Below, in pieces: positions 55,719 through 64,000 of a stretch of DNA of 64,000 bases (its first letter is position 1; the number at the start of each line of letters is the position of its first letter). Under the pieces are notes generated by a model. That model did no database searches, was not told where the DNA came from, and was given only the letters and a program-made list of their open reading frames with translations. Both the position numbers and the translations under genes were made by a program. Source of the DNA: a virus. The stretch is taken from the IMG/VR virus record IMGVR_UViG_3300046051_000062; one strand, given 5' to 3'.

Positions 55719-55740
55719 GAGTTAAAATTATAGTTTTAGC
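55719..55740. promoter_or_regulatory. AT-rich imperfect palindrome (TATA-like and/or protein-binding site)
   Basis: GTTAAAATTATAGTTTTAGC; its left part is repeated (1 mismatch) at 56483-56495. Confidence 0.5.
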
Positions 55741-56024
55741 ACCGGTCTACCCACCGTCACACCAACCCCCGCCTGCGGGGGGTTCCCACCCCCACGCCGT
55801 CCCGCGAATCTACCGCGCGCGCGGGGCACAACCTCCCGCGCACGTCCCACGACATCAACGCCGAGCCATAGAGGGCCTTTAAGTGCGGAAGGACCACCCA
55901 CCACCATCTCGCGCCATGCGGCGCGCTGAACCACGGTGTATAGACCCACACCGTTCGGCGTTTACGGTGACTATCGGACCCTACACCTAAGCCCCGGCGT
56001 CCCGTAGTGCCCAGGTACGAACCC

Positions 56025-56462
56025 ATGGTCCACTCGTTCATTGGCATCCCCACGAAAGCCTTCACCCGCATCGCCATCCGAGAAGATGGGACCGACCGCC
56101 CGTCTCCCGGGAAACTGGAGCGTATCGACAGCATCATGGCCTCCTTCGGCGGGGGCCACGCCTGGCGGTTCGCCCTCGCGGCTGACGAGCAACACACCGA
56201 CAGTTACGAGTACGGATACCTCATCTACGGCGGACGGTCCATCGACCGACACAAGCTCGAATCGCTGGAGGAGGAACTCCAAGAAGCCGGAGTGGACTCC
56301 CCCTGGGTGCGGGCGGAGTCCCTGTGGGTGGACGGCGAGCAACTCGACCGAATGGAGTTCGTCGGGCGCGACCCGGAGGAGGCACTCGCCGCCCTCTCAG
56401 GACTCCGGGACGCCGTGGAAGACAGGATGGATGACGACGACGACCCGCCGACCCTCGGCTGA
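56025..56462 (+). CDS. Hypothetical protein
   Basis: Acidic ORF starting MVHSFIGIP, upstream of the recombinase. Confidence 0.7.
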   Translation: MVHSFIGIPTKAFTRIAIREDGTDRPSPGKLERIDSIMASFGGGHAWRFALAADEQHTDSYEYGYLIYGGRSIDRHKLESLEEELQEAGVDSPWVRAESLWVDGEQLDRMEFVGRDPEEALAALSGLRDAVEDRMDDDDDPPTLG

Positions 56463-56501
56463 CCGTCACCTTCTTGATTTGAGAGTTAAAACTATGCGCC
56501 G

Positions 56502-57422
56502 ATGAGCGTTCAAAACCAGCACGTCGAGGCGTTCCGCAACCGGGTGGTCGGCCGCCGCATCAAGGAGAACACGTACAACGTGTACGAGCCGTGGGTGAAG
56601 CGGTACGAGATGTGGCGCTCCGGGGGCGAGCCGACCCTGGGTGGACTCATCGACTTCGACTCCATGCTGGCCGACGCCGAACGGTCGGAGTACCCCTGGG
56701 AGTACACGACCGGGCGCAAGCAGCCCGACGGGTACGCCTACCGGACCAGGGTCGTCGCCCTTTCGGCCGCGAAGCTGTGGTCCCGAGTCCACTACGACGC
56801 CCGCATCGAGGAGGAGGTCCAACACATCGCCGAAGGCGAACCCGCCCCCTTCGACCCACCATACCTCTCCCGGGACGACGTGGCCCGGGTGCTGGCATCC
56901 GCCGAGGAGAACTGTAACAACCCCGACTGCGAGGCCATGCTCCATCTGACCTACGACGCCCTGCTGCGCTGTGCAGAGGTCGTCACCGTCGAGCGAGAGG
57001 ACATCGACCTCGACAGGGGCACCCTCGACGTGCGTCCCGTGAAGGGCGGCCTCAACATGACGGTGGGCCTCTCCCGGGAGACTGTCGAAGTCCTCCGGTC
57101 GCACCTGCGCGACGACGCGGGACGCGGCAAGGTGTTCACGAACACCTACGGGAACGGATGGAAGCCGACCTCCTGGTCCACGCACTTTCGAGACTACCAC
57201 CACGAGGTCGGTGCCCACTCGTTCGGTCGCCACTCGCCGATTATGCATCGACTGTCGGCTCCGGCGGAGTTCGAGACGATGGACCAGGACGGCGACCCCT
57301 TCGGTCAGACCTACAGGAGGTCCCGTCACCATCACCCCTCGATGACCACCAGGTATGCGCGGCTGTTGGACACCGAGGTCCCCGACTGGGCCGGCGACGA
57401 CACCTCGGGGACAGTCGCCTGA
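56502..57422 (+). CDS. Tyrosine recombinase/integrase
   Basis: Catalytic set: LLR(CAE), VKGG, HSFGR(H), RH..., TTRY. Confidence 0.9.
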   Translation: MSVQNQHVEAFRNRVVGRRIKENTYNVYEPWVKRYEMWRSGGEPTLGGLIDFDSMLADAERSEYPWEYTTGRKQPDGYAYRTRVVALSAAKLWSRVHYDARIEEEVQHIAEGEPAPFDPPYLSRDDVARVLASAEENCNNPDCEAMLHLTYDALLRCAEVVTVEREDIDLDRGTLDVRPVKGGLNMTVGLSRETVEVLRSHLRDDAGRGKVFTNTYGNGWKPTSWSTHFRDYHHEVGAHSFGRHSPIMHRLSAPAEFETMDQDGDPFGQTYRRSRHHHPSMTTRYARLLDTEVPDWAGDDTSGTVA

Positions 57423-57511
57423 AACCGGCCCGCTGGAAGGTGGTTTTCCCCCCGTTGACCCTTGGGGTAGTCTCTATGTCAGCGGTTCAATCCCCCGGGG
57501 GTGGCGGGTGG

Positions 57512-58021
57512 TTAGTAGAGGCCTTTGGGCAGCCATTCGCTGATTGTCATTACCCGGTTTTCATCGGAGTAGACCTTGTAGGTCCGCTCCAGATAGAGCG
57601 CGGACGCCCCGTCGATGAACGTGGGCAGGTCGGTTGCGTCGTGCCAGGTGGCGTCCATTCCGACTATCTCTCGTCGCGTCTCCGCGTACTCCTCGCGCAG
57701 CAGGTCGCCGATGCCGATGTCGCCGGTGACCAGTCGGTCCTCCATCTCGTTGTCGAGTGGGTAGGTGTTCACCTTCGAGGCGGCCCACGCCAGCACGGAG
57801 TCGTCGCGGTCCCGGCGCAGCGCCACCTCTCGCTTGAGGGTCGAGCCGTGGACCTCCCGGTTGAGGATGTCCACTCGGACCTCCCCACGAGTCAGTGCCT
57901 CCAGCATGTGCGTGACGGTGCCGTCGGTCGCCAACAGTAGTCGCTCGACCGGCGAGAGGCTCACCCCGTCGTGGGCGGCCACGGTGGCGAGCATCGAACG
58001 GATGTCGTCGCCTGCTCCCAT
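57512..58021 (-). CDS. Chorismate pyruvate-lyase-like (UbiC/DUF98 family)
   Basis: ERLLLATDGTVTHMLEAL, REVAL, DIGIGDLL, TRREI, RTYKV...ISEWLP. Confidence 0.8.
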   Translation of the reverse strand: MGAGDDIRSMLATVAAHDGVSLSPVERLLLATDGTVTHMLEALTRGEVRVDILNREVHGSTLKREVALRRDRDDSVLAWAASKVNTYPLDNEMEDRLVTGDIGIGDLLREEYAETRREIVGMDATWHDATDLPTFIDGASALYLERTYKVYSDENRVMTISEWLPKGLY

Positions 58022-58023
58022 CC

Positions 58024-58935
58024 TCAGACCCCCGAGACGACCATCAGCACCGCGAGGACGACGGCGTGGATGCTCGTCCAGTGCATGTTCCGCAGGCGGA
58101 CCCGACTGGCGTTGTCCTCGTCGTAGGGGTCCAATGCTTCCAGGCCAAGCATCATCCAGGCCCACACGATTGGCGTGATGGCGAACGCGGGCGACACCCC
58201 CAGGGCGAGATACAGCGCGGGAGCGAGCCCGAGCGCCAGGTACGCCGAGGACAACAACGCGGCGTTCTCCCGCCCGACGAACACCACGGACGTGACTTTT
58301 CCGACCCGTTTGTCGGGGTGGTAGTCGGGGACCCGCGAGACGATGAACCAGGAGATGCAGAACATCGCGTGGACCCATCCAGCACCGACCGCAACCATCG
58401 ACCACCCTCCCGCAAGTACCATGTCGGTGCCGACGACGACGCCGACCAGTGCCGGCAGGACGACCACGATCTCGTTGAACGGACGGTACCCGAGTTTCAG
58501 CGGGGGCACGGAGTAGGCGACGGGCGACCAGATGGCGACCGCGAGCAACACCACCATGGGGGTGCCGAACTGGACGGCGAAATGCGCTCCGATGGCGACG
58601 ACCCCGGCGAGGCCGACCAGCGCGGCGGCGATGGTCCCCAGGACCGTCATCTTCCCCTCGGGGATGACCCGACTGCCGCCGGTCCCCTTGCCGATGCTCT
58701 CCTTGTCCGTTCCGGTGAGCCAGTCGTAGGCGTCGTTCAGCCCGTGGCTGACGATGCCCTGCGCGAGCGCCACCAGCGCCAACGCCAGGCCGCCGTTCAC
58801 CAGGCTCACGTCATACCCGGTGCGGCCCACGGCGATGGCGGCCCCCAGGACGAACGCGGCGACACCCCAGGAGACGACCGGCTTCGGTCGAAACAACTGC
58901 GCGACTCCTCGAACCTGCCGTACTGCGGACTGCAT
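58024..58935 (-). CDS. UbiA-superfamily prenyltransferase, MenA/UBIAD1-like
   Basis: NDAYDWLTGTD, GGSRVI, YSVPPLKLGYR, PDYHPDKRVGKVT; about 9 TM helices. Confidence 0.88.
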   Translation of the reverse strand: MQSAVRQVRGVAQLFRPKPVVSWGVAAFVLGAAIAVGRTGYDVSLVNGGLALALVALAQGIVSHGLNDAYDWLTGTDKESIGKGTGGSRVIPEGKMTVLGTIAAALVGLAGVVAIGAHFAVQFGTPMVVLLAVAIWSPVAYSVPPLKLGYRPFNEIVVVLPALVGVVVGTDMVLAGGWSMVAVGAGWVHAMFCISWFIVSRVPDYHPDKRVGKVTSVVFVGRENAALLSSAYLALGLAPALYLALGVSPAFAITPIVWAWMMLGLEALDPYDEDNASRVRLRNMHWTSIHAVVLAVLMVVSGV

Positions 58936-58981
58936 GTCAGCAACATCGAGTGCCCCCGATGTAAACCTTCACCCCTCGGGA

Positions 58982-59866
58982 CTACCCGTTCAGAAGGTGA
59001 CCCGGCACCCTGGCACGGTCCGCCACGATGCTGGTCCCATCGGTGGCGTACTCGAAGGTTCCTTCTGGGACCTCGTGGAAGTGTTCCATCATCTTCGAGT
59101 TCAGGACGACCAGCCAGAAGTCCGGCAGGTGGCGGTTGGCCCGGCCCTGGATGAGTTCGTGCAGCCGGCGGGCGGCCTCGGACTCGTCCATCGCGGAGGC
59201 GTCGATGCCGTCCCCGCGCCGGGTCCCGGAGTGGTAGCCCGGCTGGTCGGCGAGCATCCGCGTAACGCTGCGACGGCTCTGGAGGTACATGCCCACGGAC
59301 TCCAGCGAACGGTCGACGCTGATGGAGTCCTGGGCGGCCAGTAGTTCTCGCTCGTCGGTGTGGCGCATGGAGAGGACCTCCATCTGGTTTTTGCCCCAAT
59401 CGGTGACCGTCCAGCCCGTCTCCGTCTCCGTGACGAGGCCGATGAGGCCCTCCTCCTCGGTGTGTATCTCGCCACCGACGTTGCCGCCTTTCACCCAGGA
59501 GAGGGCGCCCTCGTAGCCGTCGAAAAAGCCGTAGTTGTACGACACCTGCACGGGCGTGTGCCGCATATCGCGCTGGTTCAGGAACAACACCACCGGCCCG
59601 AAGTTGATGGCGGTCCCGAGCGTCCGGGTGAGCCCACCCGTGACGCCCTTCTCCTCCACAACGTAGCCTTTGTCCTCGATGCCCTCCGGGACCCACCACG
59701 GGAGGTCCTCGACGGGCGTCCCCCGAGGCACGGTCGCGTGCGGCGTCTCGGTGTCGAGACGGCCACGGAAGATGGACGCGGTGTGGCCCTCTATCTCGCC
59801 GGTAGAGAACTCCTGGCCCTGTAACTTCTTGAAACTCGACCCCCGGTAGACGTAGTTACTTACCAT
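58982..59866 (-). CDS. Hypothetical protein, possible ADP-ribosyltransferase fold
   Basis: VYRGSS, GLTRTLGTAINF and TDERE resemble the R-S-E motifs. Confidence 0.4.
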   Translation of the reverse strand: MVSNYVYRGSSFKKLQGQEFSTGEIEGHTASIFRGRLDTETPHATVPRGTPVEDLPWWVPEGIEDKGYVVEEKGVTGGLTRTLGTAINFGPVVLFLNQRDMRHTPVQVSYNYGFFDGYEGALSWVKGGNVGGEIHTEEEGLIGLVTETETGWTVTDWGKNQMEVLSMRHTDERELLAAQDSISVDRSLESVGMYLQSRRSVTRMLADQPGYHSGTRRGDGIDASAMDESEAARRLHELIQGRANRHLPDFWLVVLNSKMMEHFHEVPEGTFEYATDGTSIVADRARVPGHLLNG

Positions 59867-60426
59867 GATAGTGTGTCCGAGGGGTGGTCTTCCCACTCGA
59901 TGGTGCCTATCGGTGCGATGCTCTCGATGCGCCAATCGAACCAGAGCGTCGATTCGGCGTCCCACCCGTACAGGCTGTCGGCCTGCCCACCACGCAGGTG
60001 GGTATCTCGCTGGCCGTCCTCGGTAAGCCACACCCCGTGATAGTCGTGCGACAGCGCCTCGAAGTCCATTCTCGGGTCGCCACTCGGGACCTCCTGGGCG
60101 TCGGTGTACGCCTCAACGACGGCTTCGAGGTCTGCCACGGAGTCGATGACAACGAGGTGGGACCCGGGCGTGGCCTCGATGAGCCACCCCTCCTCATCGA
60201 GCGTGTAGAACGCCTCACCCGCCGACCAGCGGACCCAATCTGACAGTTGCGGCTCACCGAGCCACGTCGAGGTCCACAAGCCCCCCCGCGGCTTGTGGGT
60301 GGTGTCGTTCGCTACGGGGTCGAGGTCGGCGTACTGTGGGCGTTCGGGGCCGATGTAGAGTTGGGTGTCGTACTCCGGGCCGTCGCCCCCGACGACCGTC
60401 GTGGGGATGTCAGCCCGACCAGTCAT
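59860..60426 (-). CDS. Phage-type hypothetical protein
   Basis: KPRGGLWTS...DFEAL...YHGVWLT...LYGWDAES pattern. Confidence 0.6.
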   Translation of the reverse strand: MTGRADIPTTVVGGDGPEYDTQLYIGPERPQYADLDPVANDTTHKPRGGLWTSTWLGEPQLSDWVRWSAGEAFYTLDEEGWLIEATPGSHLVVIDSVADLEAVVEAYTDAQEVPSGDPRMDFEALSHDYHGVWLTEDGQRDTHLRGGQADSLYGWDAESTLWFDWRIESIAPIGTIEWEDHPSDTLSW

Positions 60427-60724
60427 CGTACCGCTCCACTGTCTCCTCGTCATCGAACACCTCTCCGGCGTCCAGCGGGAGGTTGTAGGCGGCGATGTCG
60501 ATGTCGTTCCGTTTCTTGGCGCGAAGCTCGTCCGCGTTGTTCGAGTCGTCCAGCAGCCACATGCTCTCCTCGTTCACCACGTCCGCGAGCGCGGCGACTG
60601 CGAGGCCGACGGTTGGCGCCTTCACGACGAAGCCCTTGTCCCGGAGGGTCCGGTAGATGACCGCGACCCGGCCTCCGTCCTCGGCCAGTTCGAGCGACGC
60701 CGTGCCGTTGCCGTTCCATATCAT
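60410..60724 (-). CDS. Hypothetical protein
   Basis: Start taken at MIWNGNG; overlaps the next gene. Confidence 0.6.
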   Translation of the reverse strand: MIWNGNGTASLELAEDGGRVAVIYRTLRDKGFVVKAPTVGLAVAALADVVNEESMWLLDDSNNADELRAKKRNDIDIAAYNLPLDAGEVFDDEETVERYDDWSG

Positions 60725-60746
60725 GACCGCCCCACCCTGAGTGTGA

Positions 60747-61073
60747 CTATCTCGTCCCGATGGTGACCGTATCAGGCCCGGTGCCGACCGCTTCACGGAG
60801 GACGTTCTTGGCCGTGTCCACGAAATACTCGGGGACCTGGTTGTCGGTAAACATGACCTCGATGACCGCGACCGAGTTCGTCCCGACGCCCCGGCGGACC
60901 TCCACGAACCGGACCTCGGGAATCCGCCCACTCCAGGTGCGGAGATACCTGTCGGGGACAGGATGGAGCCGGCCTTCGATTGTCTCCTCCAGGTCGGACT
61001 TTCGCCCGGGGCTGGTGGTGTCGGTGTCGGGGAGGCTGTTGTAGGTCGCTTGAACCGTGAAGCGATTGGCCAT
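60747..61073 (-). CDS. Hypothetical protein
   Basis: Start taken at MANRFTVQ; AT-rich upstream region. Confidence 0.6.
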   Translation of the reverse strand: MANRFTVQATYNSLPDTDTTSPGRKSDLEETIEGRLHPVPDRYLRTWSGRIPEVRFVEVRRGVGTNSVAVIEVMFTDNQVPEYFVDTAKNVLREAVGTGPDTVTIGTR

Positions 61074-61181
61074 GAAGACATGTAGTGGAGGGTGATAGTT
61101 AGGTTTACGGGTTCCCAGGGGGGTGGGTATGCCTCCGGTGGTTATTTGCATTAGAAACGCGAACGAGACGATGAACCTGTT

Positions 61182-61460
61182 ATGTCCCCGCGAGTCCGTA
61201 CCCCGGTCGCGTCGGTCGGGGAAGGGAAGAAGGTACAACTCGACATCCGTGGACGGGATGGTGACGCCGACCCCATCATCGGCCGGGTCGTGACGGCACG
61301 AAAGCGGTTTCGGTCGGGGAAAACCCGGATGTTCGTCGTGGAAACGCCCGGCGGGGACGAGTACGAGGTGCAAGTCAGTGGGTCCTCGTCCGTCCTGGTC
61401 TACCGCCGGGGACCGGGCAGACAGTTGGTCGGGCGACTCGATACCGTCTACCTCCCGTAG
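61182..61460 (+). CDS. Small basic beta-barrel-like protein
   Basis: 92-aa ORF divergent from the leftward operon. Confidence 0.55.
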   Translation: MSPRVRTPVASVGEGKKVQLDIRGRDGDADPIIGRVVTARKRFRSGKTRMFVVETPGGDEYEVQVSGSSSVLVYRRGPGRQLVGRLDTVYLP

Positions 61461-61519
61461 CACCGCCGGGGTCGCCATCCCCGCAACCCATTTATACTAA
61501 TAGGATGTAATTATTATCC

Positions 61520-62290
61520 ATGGGTAACACCACCCTTAGCGTGGACGAGGAGACGAAAGAGCGGCTCGAAGACCACCGCGCGCCCGGACACCACTCCTGG
61601 GACGAGGCACTCCATGGCATGATGGAATTGCTGCCGGCAGTCGATGAAATCCAGGAGGGCTGTGGCGAGTGTGGCCAGGGTGGCCTCCTCGGCGGAGTGC
61701 CGGAAGACGGCGGTGGCGTCATCCGGTATTTCTCGACGGTCCAGGACGGTACCGACATCCACGACGCGAACTACTACTGTTCGAACGAGTGTCTCGGCGA
61801 AGTAATCGAGCGGATGGACCATTACGTCCCCGAGGAGCCGGATGTGGTTATCGTCGGCGGGGGCGGCGAGTTGCGGGCCGAGTTCGGCGACGCCACCTTC
61901 TACATCGACGGCGACACCATGGAGGTCGGCCTCCCCGTCCCCGGCGCGTTCGACGGCGAGGACTCCCACGGCAACCAGTACGCCTACTACGGCGAGCCGG
62001 TGTACGTCGTCCACGACGGCGAAGTGGTCCAGAAGGGCGTCATCGAGGACATCATCCACGAGGAGACACACACCGCGCTCATCCTCGAACACGACCACTC
62101 GACTACGATGCTCCATCACCCCAACGACGACAAACGCGAGCAGTACGAGGACAACCACGTCGAGTGGTTCGACTTCGAGTGTCCCGACTGCGGGGGGGCG
62201 CTTCGGTCCTACGAGGGCGCCGAGAACGTCGAGTGCCCCGAGTGCGACACCACGATAGACGACCCCGAGGCGTTCTGGACCAACGGGTAG
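61520..62290 (+). CDS. Protein with N-terminal RHH-like and C-terminal zinc-ribbon regions
   Basis: TTLSVDEETKERLE...SWDEAL; CPDCG...CPEC; TTTATA box at about 61492. Confidence 0.7.
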   Translation: MGNTTLSVDEETKERLEDHRAPGHHSWDEALHGMMELLPAVDEIQEGCGECGQGGLLGGVPEDGGGVIRYFSTVQDGTDIHDANYYCSNECLGEVIERMDHYVPEEPDVVIVGGGGELRAEFGDATFYIDGDTMEVGLPVPGAFDGEDSHGNQYAYYGEPVYVVHDGEVVQKGVIEDIIHEETHTALILEHDHSTTMLHHPNDDKREQYEDNHVEWFDFECPDCGGALRSYEGAENVECPECDTTIDDPEAFWTNG

Positions 62291-62293
62291 CGC

Positions 62294-62827
62294 CTACTCT
62301 GATGCCCCGCCTTCAAGGGCATACGACCACCCAGAGTAGTAACAGTAGGTCTGGTCCGGGTTCGTCGCGGGGGTCACGCTGGTGGCGGCCTCCAGGCCGC
62401 TGAGGCGGTCGAAGTTGAAGCCGTCCGAGAGGTTGTAGTCGGGGGTGTAGACCAGTTGGACGGTGCCGAGTGGGTACGCCGTCTGTGGGTTGACGTACTC
62501 CTCGTGGTAGGGGTCCCACGCCTCGTCGGCGCTCATCGACGCGACATCGGGTTCCATCACCAGGGCGGTGTGGGCCTCCCCGTCGGCGTCGATGAACGTC
62601 ACCCGCGAGCCGTACCGGGTCCGGTCGACGGTTCCGTGCCCCCGCTTGTCCCACCGGGCGCGACACACGGACTGGATGGTGTTCGCCAGCATCCCCAGGG
62701 TGCGGTCGTCGCCCTCGAAGAACTCGAACAGGGCTTGGGCCAGGTCGGCGGCGTCGCGGTGCTGGCTGATGCTGTCCGGCAGGATGATGCGGTCGTAGTC
62801 GTCACGGTCGGGTTCGTAGTCTGTCAT
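62294..62827 (-). CDS. Hypothetical protein
   Basis: Acidic ORF. Confidence 0.65.
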   Translation of the reverse strand: MTDYEPDRDDYDRIILPDSISQHRDAADLAQALFEFFEGDDRTLGMLANTIQSVCRARWDKRGHGTVDRTRYGSRVTFIDADGEAHTALVMEPDVASMSADEAWDPYHEEYVNPQTAYPLGTVQLVYTPDYNLSDGFNFDRLSGLEAATSVTPATNPDQTYCYYSGWSYALEGGASE

Positions 62828-62894
62828 CGGCACCTACACCTACGGGTTCCTCGGTTAGTGCTGTTTCGGTGACTTAAACCCTACATAAGTGGGG

Positions 62895-63173
62895 CTACGG
62901 CTCGATGTCCCCATACCGCTCCTCGAACGTGAACCGGCGTCCGAACGGGGTGAGTGTCACCAGACCGCTGCTGATGTCGATGGTGCGCACCAGGTCGTCG
63001 TTGCTCCACGTCCGAACGTACTGCCTGGCCCGCTCCTCGTGGATGCCGTCTCCCCGGGCAATCTTGACCACCCGGGGGCGATACGTGTCGGAACGGTCGA
63101 TGTGCTGCACCTCCCTCCAGAGCCGCGCCTCCTCATCCGTATATTCGCGGTTCAACTCCTTGCTGTACGGCAT
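62895..63173 (-). CDS. Winged-HTH-like protein
   Basis: VVKIARGDGIHEERARQYVRTW...VTLTPFG. Confidence 0.55.
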   Translation of the reverse strand: MPYSKELNREYTDEEARLWREVQHIDRSDTYRPRVVKIARGDGIHEERARQYVRTWSNDDLVRTIDISSGLVTLTPFGRRFTFEERYGDIEP

Positions 63174-63896
63174 TTATGCTACGACCTCGGTGAAGCACTG
63201 ATTGAGTCGGTTTGCTGGAATCTCCTGGCTGTTTCGAGTCACGCTCCCAATGCACTCGTCCACTCGCTGTTTGAGGATGCAGCATCCGTAGGTCCCGTCA
63301 TCTCCCCCAGCCCCGGAGTGTGGCGCCACGCCGTCGTAGGATGGCCACAGGAGTTCGTTGAGGGGTTGGGGCCGTCTCCCGCCGGAACCGTTCTGCGGCC
63401 GTTCTGCGGCCGCTCTCGTTGCCCGTATGGCCTCCCGGACGAACTCCACGTCATCGAGGCCGTACTCGGAGCGTAGTTCCGTCGTGTGGAGCAGGACCGT
63501 GTGTGCGTCCGAGGAGATGTACGACCCGTTGCCGACGCCCATCTCCGTCGGTCCGAACGACGAGATGCTGGCCGTGAGGGTGTCCGCGCGGTCGGCGGCC
63601 TCCTCCCACGTCATCGCACCATTTCGCACGGACTCGGCCACCAGGGCAAGTTTTCGAGATAGGTCGTTGAGCGCCCTGGTCGCCTCGAACGTGGCCGGTT
63701 GGATGGGGTTCTCCACGGCGTTTTCAAGGACCAGTACCTCGTCGGGGTAGCCGGGTTTTGCGGTGTTGCTGTCTGCCGCCGCTTGGGTGCGGTAGGCGTA
63801 GATTCCGGTTCCGAGCCCGCCGGTGCTGCGGTATCCGTTCCACCGACCACCCCACGTCTCCTCCACACTGGGGGTGCCGACACGGTAGAGGTCCAC
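63174..63896 (-). CDS. Hypothetical protein, possible ART/RES-like N-terminus
   Basis: LYRVG...GGRWN...GLGTGIYAY. Confidence 0.45.
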   Translation of the reverse strand: MDLYRVGTPSVEETWGGRWNGYRSTGGLGTGIYAYRTQAAADSNTAKPGYPDEVLVLENAVENPIQPATFEATRALNDLSRKLALVAESVRNGAMTWEEAADRADTLTASISSFGPTEMGVGNGSYISSDAHTVLLHTTELRSEYGLDDVEFVREAIRATRAAAERPQNGSGGRRPQPLNELLWPSYDGVAPHSGAGGDDGTYGCCILKQRVDECIGSVTRNSQEIPANRLNQCFTEVVA

Positions 63897-64000
63897 GCCT
63901 ACCCACCACCGAACGGGGACTCTTTTTGGCCGATAGGTCCCTGCACCGCCGAGGGGGCCAGCACCGCCGGGACAGTGAACCTATCCGGGCCGGTGTTGCC

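Noticed and set aside
57478-57500. GGTTCAATCCC after the recombinase as a tRNA-derived att site
   Set aside because: The flanking bases do not form a T-stem and no acceptor strand follows.
58969-58984. Partial repeat-like GTCCC-GAG-GGGTGA upstream of the UbiA gene
   Set aside because: It has a 3-nt loop, a weak stem and lies about 35 nt from the ATG, so it was not counted as a copy.

Overview
This is a high-GC window with an acidic proteome, typical of haloarchaea. It most likely comes from a large mobile element (a virus or plasmid-like element; no terminase, portal or tail genes were recognised). From left to right it holds: (i) a candidate virion/membrane-protein module (1-4.1 kb); (ii) an archaeal SMC-like Sph protein next to RdfA, a cell-shape gene pair (5.6-8.2 kb); (iii) a 1210-aa primase-polymerase/SF2-helicase replication protein; (iv) an operon with a coiled-coil protein, an Mrp/ParA-like ATPase, a polyprenyl-diphosphate synthase, a class I isoprenoid-synthase-like protein, a UbiA-like protein, a HiPIP-like protein, an HTH regulator, an S8 protease and thiol-redox proteins (13-25 kb); (v) a P-loop ATPase, MazG-like, AbrB and DUF932-like genes (25-31 kb); (vi) the main feature, a 23-kb co-oriented array (31.7-54.6 kb, minus strand) of about 45 short, mostly unrecognisable ORFs. 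Almost every ORF in the array is preceded by the same element, GCCCC-GAGA-GGGGC-GTGAC (about 50 copies), a hairpin with GNRA-type loops and compensatory changes followed by an SD-like GTGA; (vii) a 1.3-kb hairpin-rich non-coding region at the head of the array, then a divergently oriented tyrosine recombinase, an integron-like layout; (viii) chorismate lyase plus a UbiA/MenA prenyltransferase and several possible ADP-ribosyltransferase-like ORFs. All assignments come from motif recognition by eye; no database searches were run.
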